64,000 nucleotides of DNA from Candidatus Binatia bacterium (GTDB taxonomy: Bacteria; Desulfobacterota; Binatia; Bin18). Every line of letters begins with the position of its first letter. The first letter of the stretch is position 1. Of this stretch, positions 9,647 to 20,000 are shown piece after piece. The notes below the pieces were generated by a model that was not told the origin of the DNA, searched no databases, and saw only the letters and a list, made by a program, of their open reading frames with translations. The stretch lies in contig CAXXHG010000043.1 of assembly GCA_963666315.2 (NCBI GenBank), forward strand, positions 32,001 to 96,000. The letters run 5' to 3'. Both the position numbers and the translations under genes were made by a program.

Positions 9647-9850
9647 CTAGCGGAGCTTGAGATCGAATGCCTGTGGGCCTTTTTCACCAGGCCTGACCTG
9701 AAACTGAACCTCCTCACCCTCGCGTAGATCTTCAAAAAAAACTTTTTCAGCTAAACGGGAGCGATGGAAAAAGATATCATCACCCCCGTCATCGGAAGTG
9801 ATAAAGCCAAATCCACGCTCCTTCACAATCTTCTTGATTACGCCTGTCAT
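9647..9850 (-). CDS. Cold-shock domain protein
   Basis: 67 aa with RNP1 RGFGFI, RNP2 IFFH and C-terminal GEKGPQA; GGAGG RBS. Confidence 0.93.
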   Translation of the reverse strand: MTGVIKKIVKERGFGFITSDDGGDDIFFHRSRLAEKVFFEDLREGEEVQFQVRPGEKGPQAFDLKLR

Positions 9851-9978
9851 ACCAACCTCCCTTCATACATACAAGAGAATTTCCTGTGCGCTGTCAAGCA
9901 AACAGAAAAACGGGCGGCCGATACGGCCGATGTGGAACCAAGACCAGCCTCGTCAAACACGGACAAACATGGACAAGC

Positions 9979-10701
9979 ATGGAAATGAGCAACTGGGTCA
10001 TCGAAGCACATAATCTCCAAAAGACCTTCGCATGGACGCCGGTCCTGAACAACATAGCATGCTGCATTCGCCCCGGCGCTAGTGTAGGCATATTCGGACC
10101 CAATGGGGCAGGAAAAACGACTCTGCTGCGACTCTTTGCCACGCTGCTCAGACCAACGGCGGGAACCCTTACACTCTTTGGTATTGATCCGCTTGATCCG
10201 GCCATCCGCCGCAAGATCGGATTTCTGGGGCATGACAGCTTCCTGTATCCCGATCTGACCCCAGAGGAAAACCTCACGTTTTACGGAAAGGCCTATCGCC
10301 TCCCCAATCTCGCCGACCGGATCGATGAACGCCTTGAACAGGTGGGCTTGCAAGACTGGCGCACAACGCCGGTGCGTCATTTTTCACGCGGTATGGAACA
10401 GCGCCTCGGCCTGGCGCGGGCTCTGATACATGAGCCGGATCTGTTTCTACTCGACGAGCCTTATACCGGCCTCGATATGCAAGCTGTCGCAATCCTAGAC
10501 GACACATTGACCAACGCTAAAGCCCAGGGGAAAACGGTGGTCTTCACCTCACACGATTTCAATCAAAGCCGGGAGCTGTTGAGTCAGGTCATCATTCTGC
10601 ATCGCGGTCATATTGCCTGGCAATCTGCCGACACGCTCCCATCCGCTCAGGAGTTCATCCAGATCTATCATGCCTGCACCCAACGCACCGCCTCATGTTA
10701 G
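9979..10701 (+). CDS. ccmA: Heme ABC exporter ATP-binding subunit
   Basis: GPNGAGKTT, FSRGMEQR, LLDEPYTGLD, SH switch; precedes ccmB and ccmC. Confidence 0.9.
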   Translation: MEMSNWVIEAHNLQKTFAWTPVLNNIACCIRPGASVGIFGPNGAGKTTLLRLFATLLRPTAGTLTLFGIDPLDPAIRRKIGFLGHDSFLYPDLTPEENLTFYGKAYRLPNLADRIDERLEQVGLQDWRTTPVRHFSRGMEQRLGLARALIHEPDLFLLDEPYTGLDMQAVAILDDTLTNAKAQGKTVVFTSHDFNQSRELLSQVIILHRGHIAWQSADTLPSAQEFIQIYHACTQRTASC

Positions 10702-11348
10702 CCATTCTCTGGAAAGATATTCTTATAGAGCTGCGGACCAAAGAGCGCGTGTCCTCTCTGCTTGTGTTGGCCATTCTCATTGTCTTGGTGTTTGTCTTTG
10801 CCCTCACCCCAGAACAACTCAAACGCCCAGCCTTGGGGGCTGCCTTGCTCTGGATTGCGCTCATATTTGCCGGTATGCTGAGCATCCAACGGGCATTCAT
10901 ACTGGAACACGAACGCAACTGCATCGATGGGCTCTTACTGTGCCCGATCGATCCGGGCCAGTTCTTTTTTGCGAAGTTCTTGAGCAACGTCTTTTTTCTG
11001 ACCCTCGTTGAAACAATCGTGACGCCCCTTACTATTGCGCTTCTCGGTATCCCTTTTTCCGCTTCTCTCCTTGGCCTGCCCTTGGTCCTCCTGCTCGGTA
11101 TCGTTGGTTTCTCCGCCCTCGGGACGTTGTTTGCTGCCATAACAGTTCGCACTCGGGCGAGAGAGATCTTGCTCCCTTTGATGCTCCTGCCCCTCCTCGT
11201 CCCCCTCTTAATCGCCGTCGTTCAGGTCACGGGGGCACTTTTAGCCGGAGATGTCTGGACGGGGGTGTGGTTACGCGTCTTAGTCGCTTTCGACGTTATT
11301 TTTGTTGTCACCAGCTGGCTGACGTTTGGTTTTGTTTTGCAAGAGTAG
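10695..11348 (+). CDS. ccmB: Heme exporter permease CcmB
   Basis: ILWKDILIELR, REILLPLMLLPLLVPLLI, about 6 TM. Confidence 0.9.
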   Translation: MLAILWKDILIELRTKERVSSLLVLAILIVLVFVFALTPEQLKRPALGAALLWIALIFAGMLSIQRAFILEHERNCIDGLLLCPIDPGQFFFAKFLSNVFFLTLVETIVTPLTIALLGIPFSASLLGLPLVLLLGIVGFSALGTLFAAITVRTRAREILLPLMLLPLLVPLLIAVVQVTGALLAGDVWTGVWLRVLVAFDVIFVVTSWLTFGFVLQE

Positions 11349-11376
11349 AGATTCAGGACGCTATACTGGAGTTCTC

Positions 11377-12063
11377 ATGAAAAAATACCCGCCGTTCAAT
11401 AATGTTATCCTGGATGTCATCTTGCCATGGCCCACCGCTGCCGCCATGCTGACTGCGCTGGCCATGGTGTTCCTCTATGTCCCAACCGAGCGGGTGCAAG
11501 GTGCCGCGCAGCGTATTTTTTATTTCCACTTGCCCTCCGCCTGGATGGCATTTCTGGGCTTCTTTATCGTTGCTGGGGCCAGCGCAGCCTTCTTGTGGCA
11601 GGGCAACCGTTCCGCTGACTTGCTGGCGCGGGCGGCCGCTGAAGTCGGCATGGTATTCTGTACTCTTGTCCTGCTGACCGGGCCGATCTGGGCACGGCCT
11701 ATCTGGGGCGTCTGGTGGACGTGGGACCCACGGCTAACCATGACCCTGGTACTCTGGCTTATTTATGCCGCCTATGTCCTGCTGCGCGTCTTTGCCGGGG
11801 ATACAGAAACGGTTGCCCGGTATGCCGCCGTACTCGGTATTATTGGCGTTATCGATATTCCCATTCTCTATATTGCGATTCGTCTGTGGCGCGGCATACA
11901 CCCCAAAGTCGAACAAATGGCACCCGAAATGGCCTGGACACTCCTAGTGTGTACGGGAGCGTTTATGTGTTTGTTTACATGGCTATTGTGGCTCAGGTTG
12001 CAGAGTTTACATTTGCGCGACGATATCATTGCGCTGCGCCAACACATACTGACCTCATCGTAG
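11377..12063 (+). CDS. ccmC: Heme exporter/delivery protein CcmC
   Basis: RIFYFHLPSAW, TGPIWARPIWGVWWTWDPRLT (WWD), WRGIHP. Confidence 0.95.
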   Translation: MKKYPPFNNVILDVILPWPTAAAMLTALAMVFLYVPTERVQGAAQRIFYFHLPSAWMAFLGFFIVAGASAAFLWQGNRSADLLARAAAEVGMVFCTLVLLTGPIWARPIWGVWWTWDPRLTMTLVLWLIYAAYVLLRVFAGDTETVARYAAVLGIIGVIDIPILYIAIRLWRGIHPKVEQMAPEMAWTLLVCTGAFMCLFTWLLWLRLQSLHLRDDIIALRQHILTSS

Positions 12064-12076
12064 AAAAGGAAAGGCT

Positions 12077-12226
12077 ATGTCGTATCTCTTTGCCGCATTT
12101 AGCATCGTGTGGATCGTGATTTTTCTGTACGTACTCTCCATTTCACGTCGCCAGCGCGCGCTCGCGCGGGAAGTCGAGACGTTGCGTCAGATGACACAAA
12201 AAGAGCCGTCCTCGCCTTCTTCATGA
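12077..12226 (+). CDS. ccmD: CcmD-family small membrane protein (below the ORF-track cutoff)
   Basis: AAGGA RBS; MSYLFAAFSIVWIVIFLYVLSISRRQRALAREVETLRQ..., 49 aa, one TM plus basic tail, right after ccmC. Confidence 0.85.
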   Translation: MSYLFAAFSIVWIVIFLYVLSISRRQRALAREVETLRQMTQKEPSSPSS

Positions 12227-12230
12227 GGTA

Positions 12231-12535
12231 TCATGAGGATTGTTGACTCTTCTTATTTCCTAGCGGATCGAGCTCTTCAAACAGTTCGATTAACACGCTT
12301 GCCGTCCGCGCAGGGTCGTGGCGCACGAGCGAGGTTGCGGATATGACGTCCCCAAACTTCACGACTTTCACCCCAAGGTTGTAGAGCGCCCCAAATTCGT
12401 CCCGTAAGCGTCCCGAGTCCCCGTCCGAATCCATCACCGTAACGATGGATTCTATCCACACATCTTCATACGTCCCGAGGCCGGACAAAATGCCAAACGA
12501 GCCGGTCCCGCCACCGATCACACTCACCGCCGCAT
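12231..12535 (-). pseudogene. yvcK: YvcK/CofD-family gene with a large in-frame internal deletion
   Basis: N-terminal motifs VIGGGTG and VTVMDSDGDSGRLRDEFG are joined directly to the C-terminal motif LVRHDP; 98 aa versus about 300 aa typical. Confidence 0.75.
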
Positions 12536-12567
12536 ATGCCTCAGTTCACCGCCTGTGTCTTGCGCGG

Positions 12568-14751
12568 CTACGCTTGTGCCCATTGCATCAGTTCCGCCAG
12601 CACAGGACTCATGGTCCCCTCTTTACTCCACTGCTTACACAGTGCCGTAAACGGTACTTTCAGCGCTGGCAAAGGATCTGCGCCCGGGATCATGGCCGCG
12701 CCTTCTTCTCGAAGCCAAGAAAGGGCTTTGTTCAGGCTAGTAAAGTTTCCTGAAAAAAGCGCTTGTCGAAACTGCGGAACCATATATTGATCAAAATACT
12801 GCTTGCGCTCAAGATCAATAATATCGGGCAGTAGTAAGCTTACCTCACTCAAGCGGCAGTCAAGATAAGCGAGCAAATCATTGTAGACGTGTCCGGCAAC
12901 CGTTTCTGCCTTGGTCCGCACCTCGTTCAAGAGCACCCTGCCTCGGAGGGAGGCAGCTTCCTCTTGTGGCAAAAGCTGACAGTAAAATTTGAGTTTCGGT
13001 TCTGTCCCCGACGGACGGATAATCACGACACATGCATCCGTAAAAACTTGCAGGACATTCCGAGGCAGTTTATCCGTCTCACTGACAAAGGGCCCAAAGC
13101 TGTCTTCATCCCAGTAATCGATCATCTTTGTGACCGCATATCCCCCAAGCTTGTGTGGCGGTATGTCGCGCAAGGATTGCATAATACGATCCCGGCGTAA
13201 GACCCCCTCCGCGCCGACCATCATGATGGAACGATTAACATCCGCATATCCGCCCAACTCTTCCAGAATATGGATGTAGTAGTCGAGCAGGGTTTTGCCT
13301 TCTTGGCGCAGTTGTTGGTATAACGTGGCCAAGTACAGACAGGCCGGCGCCGCATCTTTATCTTTAATCTCCGAGGTAAACATCCCGCCATGACTCTCCT
13401 CCACAGCCAACACTAATTGCTCGGGAGAACACCGCACATTTTTATAGCGCCCCGCTCGTTCGAGCTCTTTTAAGACAGAGGCGACGTATTTGAAGCCGAC
13501 GAGGAGATCGTCAACGATCCAGGAGTCACCGGCTTGCTCGACGATTTTGCCGATCAGCTTCGTAGTCACTAAGGTCTCAATAACCAATCCCTTGCGCTGT
13601 GGGCCTTTGGGGTCCAGCATCAGAAAATAACACAGCACTGAGGCGATCTGGTTGCCATCAAAATGATACCACAAGCCATCCGGCAATTTGACCTCAAGGC
13701 CGATCCGGTCTGCGTCGGGATCACTCGAGAGCACTATCCCTACTCCCTGCTCATCCGCAAATGCCTTTGCCGGATCAGTTGCCTGAGGAACTTCGGGGTT
13801 TGGGGCTCTCAATGGAATGACGCCAAAGGTCCCGTCCGGCCCCTGATCGGGCGGGGTCAATACAGGAAAATCCAGTCGTTTGAAGACATCGCCAACAGTC
13901 GTGAGCCCGCAGCCACTCAGCGGGGTGAATACCACAGGACTCTCCTGTTGCGGCGTATGAATTCCGCCGTATAACTGCACATACATCTCAACATATTCTT
14001 CGTGCAGTTGGCCTGGAATGCTACGAACCATTTCTTGGCCCAGCGCCTCATCGAATGCAAGCAGGCGAATGTCAGTTGCCTGATCCATAATATCGACGAG
14101 GCGTTGGTCGTCCGGAGCAACGGGCTGACTCCCGTATTGATCATAGACCTTGATGCCATTATCGTCGGGTGGATTATGCGACGCGGAAAGATTAATCCCG
14201 CCAACCGCCCCCAACTTACCAATCAGATAGGAGAGTTCCGGTGTTGTCAGAACCGCCGCATCGTTTTTTGGCTCGGCAAAGTAGACGACAATGCCATTCC
14301 CGGCGTAGATCTCACACGCCAATTTGCCTAGTGAGCGGGACGAGACACCGAGGAGCGGATGGTCATTGCCAAGAAATCCGTACACTCCGGCAACATCCTG
14401 GAAGACGCGCACATCGTTCGCCACGACAACGGCCATGTCAGTTCGGTCAGGAAAAATAGACTGCAGATACTGACAATGCCCTTGTACGGTCATGGCTACG
14501 GTTGTCGGGTTCATACGATTCGGTCCATAGCCGACTCGTCCACGTCGCCCGCCTGTCCCAAACGGCAGGATCTGCCAGAAAATATCAAACACCAGAGGCA
14601 TATATTGTTCGTCGAGATGTTGTGTCAGGATTTCCGGATAGGCGTATGGGACCTTCCCGGCCAGCCAGCTTTGGAGCTGCGCGGCCGCTCGTTGTCCAAG
14701 GGCTCCGTACTCGTGTCTTAAACGTTCACATAGCAACCGTAAGTTCGACAT
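12568..14751 (-). CDS. Alpha-D-phosphohexomutase (PGM/PMM family) with C-terminal extension
   Basis: FGTGGRRG, SASHNP (phosphoserine loop), DPDADR (metal loop), EESHG, RPSGTEPKLKFY. Confidence 0.9.
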   Translation of the reverse strand: MSNLRLLCERLRHEYGALGQRAAAQLQSWLAGKVPYAYPEILTQHLDEQYMPLVFDIFWQILPFGTGGRRGRVGYGPNRMNPTTVAMTVQGHCQYLQSIFPDRTDMAVVVANDVRVFQDVAGVYGFLGNDHPLLGVSSRSLGKLACEIYAGNGIVVYFAEPKNDAAVLTTPELSYLIGKLGAVGGINLSASHNPPDDNGIKVYDQYGSQPVAPDDQRLVDIMDQATDIRLLAFDEALGQEMVRSIPGQLHEEYVEMYVQLYGGIHTPQQESPVVFTPLSGCGLTTVGDVFKRLDFPVLTPPDQGPDGTFGVIPLRAPNPEVPQATDPAKAFADEQGVGIVLSSDPDADRIGLEVKLPDGLWYHFDGNQIASVLCYFLMLDPKGPQRKGLVIETLVTTKLIGKIVEQAGDSWIVDDLLVGFKYVASVLKELERAGRYKNVRCSPEQLVLAVEESHGGMFTSEIKDKDAAPACLYLATLYQQLRQEGKTLLDYYIHILEELGGYADVNRSIMMVGAEGVLRRDRIMQSLRDIPPHKLGGYAVTKMIDYWDEDSFGPFVSETDKLPRNVLQVFTDACVVIIRPSGTEPKLKFYCQLLPQEEAASLRGRVLLNEVRTKAETVAGHVYNDLLAYLDCRLSEVSLLLPDIIDLERKQYFDQYMVPQFRQALFSGNFTSLNKALSWLREEGAAMIPGADPLPALKVPFTALCKQWSKEGTMSPVLAELMQWAQA

Positions 14752-14881
14752 ATCCCATCCTATACAGAATACCTTTGCAGAAAGGCCGGCCCGGTCTTCT
14801 TTTCTTGATCGGGAGTATCCCTTTTTTCTGCAAGGAATACAGGCTCCACGGTCAGGTCGGCAGCTGTCCGATCTGTTTGGT

Positions 14882-15862
14882 CTACTGAGCCATCTCCGCC
14901 GCCAGGGTCAGAGCAGCCTGCATACTGCGAGGACTGGCTTTATTTTGACCAGCAATATCAAAGGCGGTGCCATGATCAGGTGAGGTCCGCACGATGGGCA
15001 AGCCTAGGGTTACATTTACCCCGTCTTCCCAAGCCAGCAATTTGAGTGGAATAAGCCCCTGATCATGATACTGACAGATCACTCCGTCAAATTCGCCTTT
15101 CACCGCACGCACAAAAACGCTATCTGCAGGAAACGGCCCTGCCACCCTCAGACCCTGAGTCCGCGCCCGCTCCACCGCGGGTTGAATCAGCCGCTGCTCT
15201 TCGTCTCCAAACGCACCCGCTTCTCCGGCATGCGGGTTGAGCCCGGCAACGGCCAGCCGAGGATGTGGGAGTCCGTGGAAGCGGGATAAATGGGCAGCCG
15301 CCAAAACTATGGTTTTCTCTATACGCTCGCAGGAGAGCGTCTGCGGTACCTGGGCCAAGGGTATATGCGTGGTCACAAGCATCACCCGAAGCTGCTTCCC
15401 AACCAGCATCATCCGCACGTCACGGCTCTCAGTCAACGCGGCCAGGAGTTCCGTATGTCCAGGGTAGTGATGACCAGCCGCATGCCACATGGCTTTGCTG
15501 ATCGGCGCCGTCACAAGCCCATCAAACGTGTTGTCCAGGGCGAGCCGGATGCCGGTCTCTACATATCGGTACGACGCCGCCCCACCGGAGGGACTCGGCC
15601 GGCCTGGAATACGCTCCTGTGCGGTAAGCTGAGAGAGCATGAGTACGGGCAAGTCTTGCGGTGACGTCGGGTAGGGCTCCCCCACCTGCCACGCGCACGG
15701 AACCAGTGCGGAGCCCAGGTGGGTCGCCGTCTCCTGCAGGACGGCAAGATCACCCAGAACAACAGCCCGATAGTGGACAGGCGCGACCTGTAGAGCTTTC
15801 AGCACCACCTCCGGGCCTATCCCCGCGGGGTCGCCCATGGTCACGCCAAGCACGATTGCCAT
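14882..15862 (-). CDS. pdxA: 4-hydroxythreonine-4-phosphate dehydrogenase
   Basis: TMGDPAGIGPE, GHTE, LNPHAGE, YHDQG, RTSPDHGTAFDIAG. Confidence 0.96.
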   Translation of the reverse strand: MAIVLGVTMGDPAGIGPEVVLKALQVAPVHYRAVVLGDLAVLQETATHLGSALVPCAWQVGEPYPTSPQDLPVLMLSQLTAQERIPGRPSPSGGAASYRYVETGIRLALDNTFDGLVTAPISKAMWHAAGHHYPGHTELLAALTESRDVRMMLVGKQLRVMLVTTHIPLAQVPQTLSCERIEKTIVLAAAHLSRFHGLPHPRLAVAGLNPHAGEAGAFGDEEQRLIQPAVERARTQGLRVAGPFPADSVFVRAVKGEFDGVICQYHDQGLIPLKLLAWEDGVNVTLGLPIVRTSPDHGTAFDIAGQNKASPRSMQAALTLAAEMAQ

Positions 15863-15904
15863 GATGTTGAAGGAAAGAAAACGATGCCGTTCAAACGGGA
15901 GCAA

Positions 15905-17014
15905 CTAGAACGGCCAAATCCAGTCCAGCAGCCTCTTTCTCTTGGGCGTCTCAAGGCGTTCCGGCGACACGTCTTCGACTTGGCTGTCCAAAACCGAACT
16001 GGTCTCAGTAACCCCAAAGCCGAAATCGTCATCCGGGACTTCAAGGAAGTTTTCCACATGATGGCGAAAGCGCAGGTCTTCTTTAAACCAGCGGGCGTAT
16101 CGATCACGCAGCGCGTCATTATAGAGCTTGTTTTTAATCTCGTCCGAGACCGCCTCCAGCGGCTGTAGCCCTGCAGTGCGCTTATCCTCGATTTTGAGCA
16201 GATGCATCCCGGCATTGGTCCGAAAAGGTTGGCTAATATCCCCGTTCTCTAAAGAAAAGGCAACCAGCTCGATGCCTTCCGACATTTGACCACGTTCAAA
16301 ATAGCCGAGGTCCCCACCGCTGCCTGCGCCCGGCCCAAGCGAGTACTCGTCCGCCAACGTACCGAAATCTTCCCCTGCTAAGGCTCTCTGGCGGACATAG
16401 TGCACAATCTCAGCCGCTTCCTGCGCTTCTGCTTCTCCCGCACCAGGAGACAGGGGCCGGAAAATATGTCGTACTCGAATTTGCGCAGGCTGGGTGTATT
16501 CGTCAATATGTTCATCGTAATAGCGCTGAATATCCTCCGGCGTGACATTCACTCGCGACCCGATTTCTCTGCTCATCAAGAGTGCTTGTTCAACCTCGCC
16601 CCCGACGCGTTCGCGGTAGGCCTCCATGGTCATGCCTTGGTCGACTATCGCGGCTTCAAATTCTTCGTCACTCAGATTGTTCTGGGCCTGGATGCGTGCG
16701 ATATAGCCGTCGATATCAGCCTTCTTGGCTTTCAGGCTCTGCGCTTCAACTTCTTTCTTGATCAACTTCTGCATAATGAGGGCGTCCAGGACCTCTTTAT
16801 CGGACATCCCCGCCGCCCCACCGTCCGGGGCAAGCGGACTTGCCCCTGCCCCTGCCCCCGCCTCTGACTGGTAGCCCTGCATTTCGTGCAATGTAATGGG
16901 CGCTCCATCGACCGTGGCCACAATACGGTTGATCAACTCGGCGTGGCTGGGTGTTGATCCAACACACACGCACAGAGCAAAAGCACACAAGAATATGCCG
17001 TTTCTTTTCATCAT
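15905..17014 (-). CDS. surA: SurA-like parvulin PPIase/chaperone
   Basis: Signal peptide, NRIVATVDG, RVRHI, GGDLGYF, PFRTNAGMHL; mfd-surA-pdxA context. Confidence 0.85.
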   Translation of the reverse strand: MMKRNGIFLCAFALCVCVGSTPSHAELINRIVATVDGAPITLHEMQGYQSEAGAGAGASPLAPDGGAAGMSDKEVLDALIMQKLIKKEVEAQSLKAKKADIDGYIARIQAQNNLSDEEFEAAIVDQGMTMEAYRERVGGEVEQALLMSREIGSRVNVTPEDIQRYYDEHIDEYTQPAQIRVRHIFRPLSPGAGEAEAQEAAEIVHYVRQRALAGEDFGTLADEYSLGPGAGSGGDLGYFERGQMSEGIELVAFSLENGDISQPFRTNAGMHLLKIEDKRTAGLQPLEAVSDEIKNKLYNDALRDRYARWFKEDLRFRHHVENFLEVPDDDFGFGVTETSSVLDSQVEDVSPERLETPKRKRLLDWIWPF

Positions 17015-17025
17015 ACTTCTCCGGG

Positions 17026-20000
17026 CTAACACGATTCGCTCAGGTCCCGCAAGAGAGTTTTCACGGCTTCCATGACCTCTTCTTCCGGCTCAAGAGAAAA
17101 GGTCAAACGAAAGTCCGGGCTGATCTGCGCCCCGCGGCTGTTTTTCCGCCCCCGGCTATTTTTCTGAATGAACGCCACCAGCCGCTCGCCCTTGATAGGT
17201 GAGTCGGTGTGAAAATGGAGAGTGACTTTATCGGCTTTTCGATACACTGCTGCGACCAGGTATTGACGCAGTACACGGCGCAGATCCATAACCTCAATAA
17301 AACGCACAACCAGCTCCGGCAACGTCCCAAAACGGTCTTCCATCTCATAGGCGAGATCTTCAAGATCGCTCTGCTCCTTAATGTTAGCTAATTTTTTATA
17401 AAAGACCAGGCGCTGGTTTACATCCGGAATATAGGCCTCGGGCAGATAGGCAGGCAGACCAATATGAATTTCCGGCTCAATAGAAATTTCAATCTCGCCG
17501 CCCCGCAGCTCACGCACGGTTTCTTCTAACATCTGGGCATAGAGTTCATATCCTACTGCGGCAACGCGTCCAGACTGCTCTTTGCCTAATAAATTGCCCG
17601 CCCCACGGATCTCCAAATCATGCGCTGCCAAACGAAACCCACCCCCAAGATCATCCAGTTCCTGCAAGACTTCTAAACGACGTTGGGCATCGCGTGTGAG
17701 GAGGTGCTCACCAGGTATGAGCAGATAGGCAACCGCACGGACGGCCGAGCGCCCAACCCGGCCACGAAGTTGATACAACTGGGCCAGCCCGAAATGATCC
17801 GCCCGGTTGATAATAATCGTATTCGCGGTTGGGATATCGAGTCCGGATTCAATGATCGCCGAGCAGAGCAAAACGTTGACGCGGTGGTGCATGAAATCGA
17901 GCATCACCTGTTCGAGTTGACGCTCAGCCATCTGACCATGTGCAATAGCCAAGAGAGCCTCAGGCACCAGCTCACGGAGTTGAACAGCCATCTTTTCAAT
18001 CGTCTCTACCCGATTGTGGACAAAGAAGATCTGCCCACCACGGGCGAGTTCTTGCAAAATCGCCGACCGAATAAGATCGTCGTCAAACCGCGCAACATAG
18101 GTGCGGATCGCCTGCCGATCCACCGGCGGTGTTTCGATGATACTGAGATCCCGCAGCCCCATCAGGCCCATATTAAGCGAGCGGGGAATGGGTGTGGCCG
18201 ACAGGGTGAGGACGTCCACAAGATGGCGTAGCTTTTTGATTTTCTCCTTGTGGGTCACGCCGAACCGATGTTCTTCGTCAACCACAACAAGGCCAAGCTC
18301 TTTGAACACAATATCGCGTTGCAAGAGACGATGGGTACCAATGACAATGTCCACCACGCCCGACGCCAGCCCCTGGACGACAGTTTTGACCTCTTGCGGC
18401 GAACGGAATCGATTGAGCAATTCAATCCGTATAGGATAGTCATCAAAACGCCGCGCAAAGGTCTCGGCGTGCTGCTGAGCCAAAATCGTGGTCGGCACCA
18501 GCACGGCAACTTGTTTTCCACCTTCAACGGCAAGATAGGCCGCCCGCAGAGCGACTTCAGTTTTGCCATAGCCCACATCACCACACACCAACCGGTCCAT
18601 CGGCTTAGAACTTTGCAGATCAGACAAGACATCTTCAATGGCCGCTCGCTGTCCGCTGGTCTCTTCAAACGGAAACTGGGCAACAAACTCCTCGTAGTCG
18701 CTCGTCACAGTGGCAAGAGCCGGCCGTTCAGCGCTTTCCCGGACTGCATGGATTTCGAGCAGCTCACGCGCCATGGCCTGAATCGCTTCGCGCGTCTTCC
18801 GTTTGACCCGTTCCCACACTTGTCCGCCCAAACGATCAAGCACTGGGGTTTTGTCGCCCGCACCAGCGTATTTCTGCACCAGATTAATGCGCTCAACCGG
18901 CAAATACAGCTTGTCAGCGCCGGCATATTCGAGCTGCAGATAATCCCCTTCCGTATCGGCTACACGCAAGTGCTGTAGTCCGTTGTAGCATCCAATGCCA
19001 TGATCGGTATGAACCACATAATCGCCTGGCGTGAGTTGACTCAGGCCGGTCAAATAGTCTGCGACCGGACGCGGACGGGAGCGACGCCGATGGCGACGCT
19101 CGCCAAAGATTTCCTCTTCGGCCAGGAAGATATAACCATCAGCCGGCAGGCCAAAACCCTGAGACAGGTGCCCGACCAGGATCGCCGCTCCAGCTCCGTG
19201 CCCATCGTGCTCACCCTGCCACCCGGGATGCTCTTCAATGGGGAGCTTCAGCTCATAGCCGAGCAATAAGTGCTGGAGGTGGGCGGCCTGGCGGTGGCTG
19301 GAAACAGTCAGGTAAACACGCAGCTGCTCGTCTTGCCAGCGCCGAATCTGTCCAACCAACGGGGCGAGACTTTTTTCTGCTCCAGCAGTGTGTATGACCG
19401 CTTTCAAGCCGGTGAGCAAAGTCGATGTGATCGTATAATCGGCGTCACCGGTTTCTAAACTCTGCAGCTCTACGGACACGAACGCAGTCCGCCAACCCAA
19501 CGCGTCTTCCACAGACAGATAGCACTGCTCGGGAGCAGGAATAAAGCGGCCCGCCTCAAGTGCAGTATGCGCACTCGCGACGACCTGATCCCAAAAGGTC
19601 ACACACACCGTTGCCTGCTGTGCTGGGTCGATAACCCACACCACAGCTCCACGCGGCATATATTCGCTCACCTGCTCAAGGTCGGGATACAGGTAAGGGA
19701 GGAAGAATTCGACACCCGGAAAGGAGAGACCACTCTTGAGATTTTCAATAATGCGCTGCTGCTCGCGGTGCGCGATTTCTCTCTCATCCAACGCTTCTTC
19801 AATGGTTCGCCGTGCGGCTTGCAGGCGGGCTACTGAAAAGAAGCGCATGGGCAAGATCATCATTTCGTCAACGGAATCGATAGAACGCTGCGAGACGGGA
19901 TCAAAAGACCGCATTGTTTCAATGGTGTCGCCGACAAATTCGATACGAAGCGGATGCTGGGCGAGTGGGGGGAAGAGATCCACAATCCCGCCGCGTACGC

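Noticed and set aside
17683-18978. Long antisense ORFs (182 and 242 aa) inside mfd, and similar ones inside accC, ptsP and the K+ channel gene
   Set aside because: Shadow ORFs expected from codon bias in GC-rich genes; no RBS or motifs seen.
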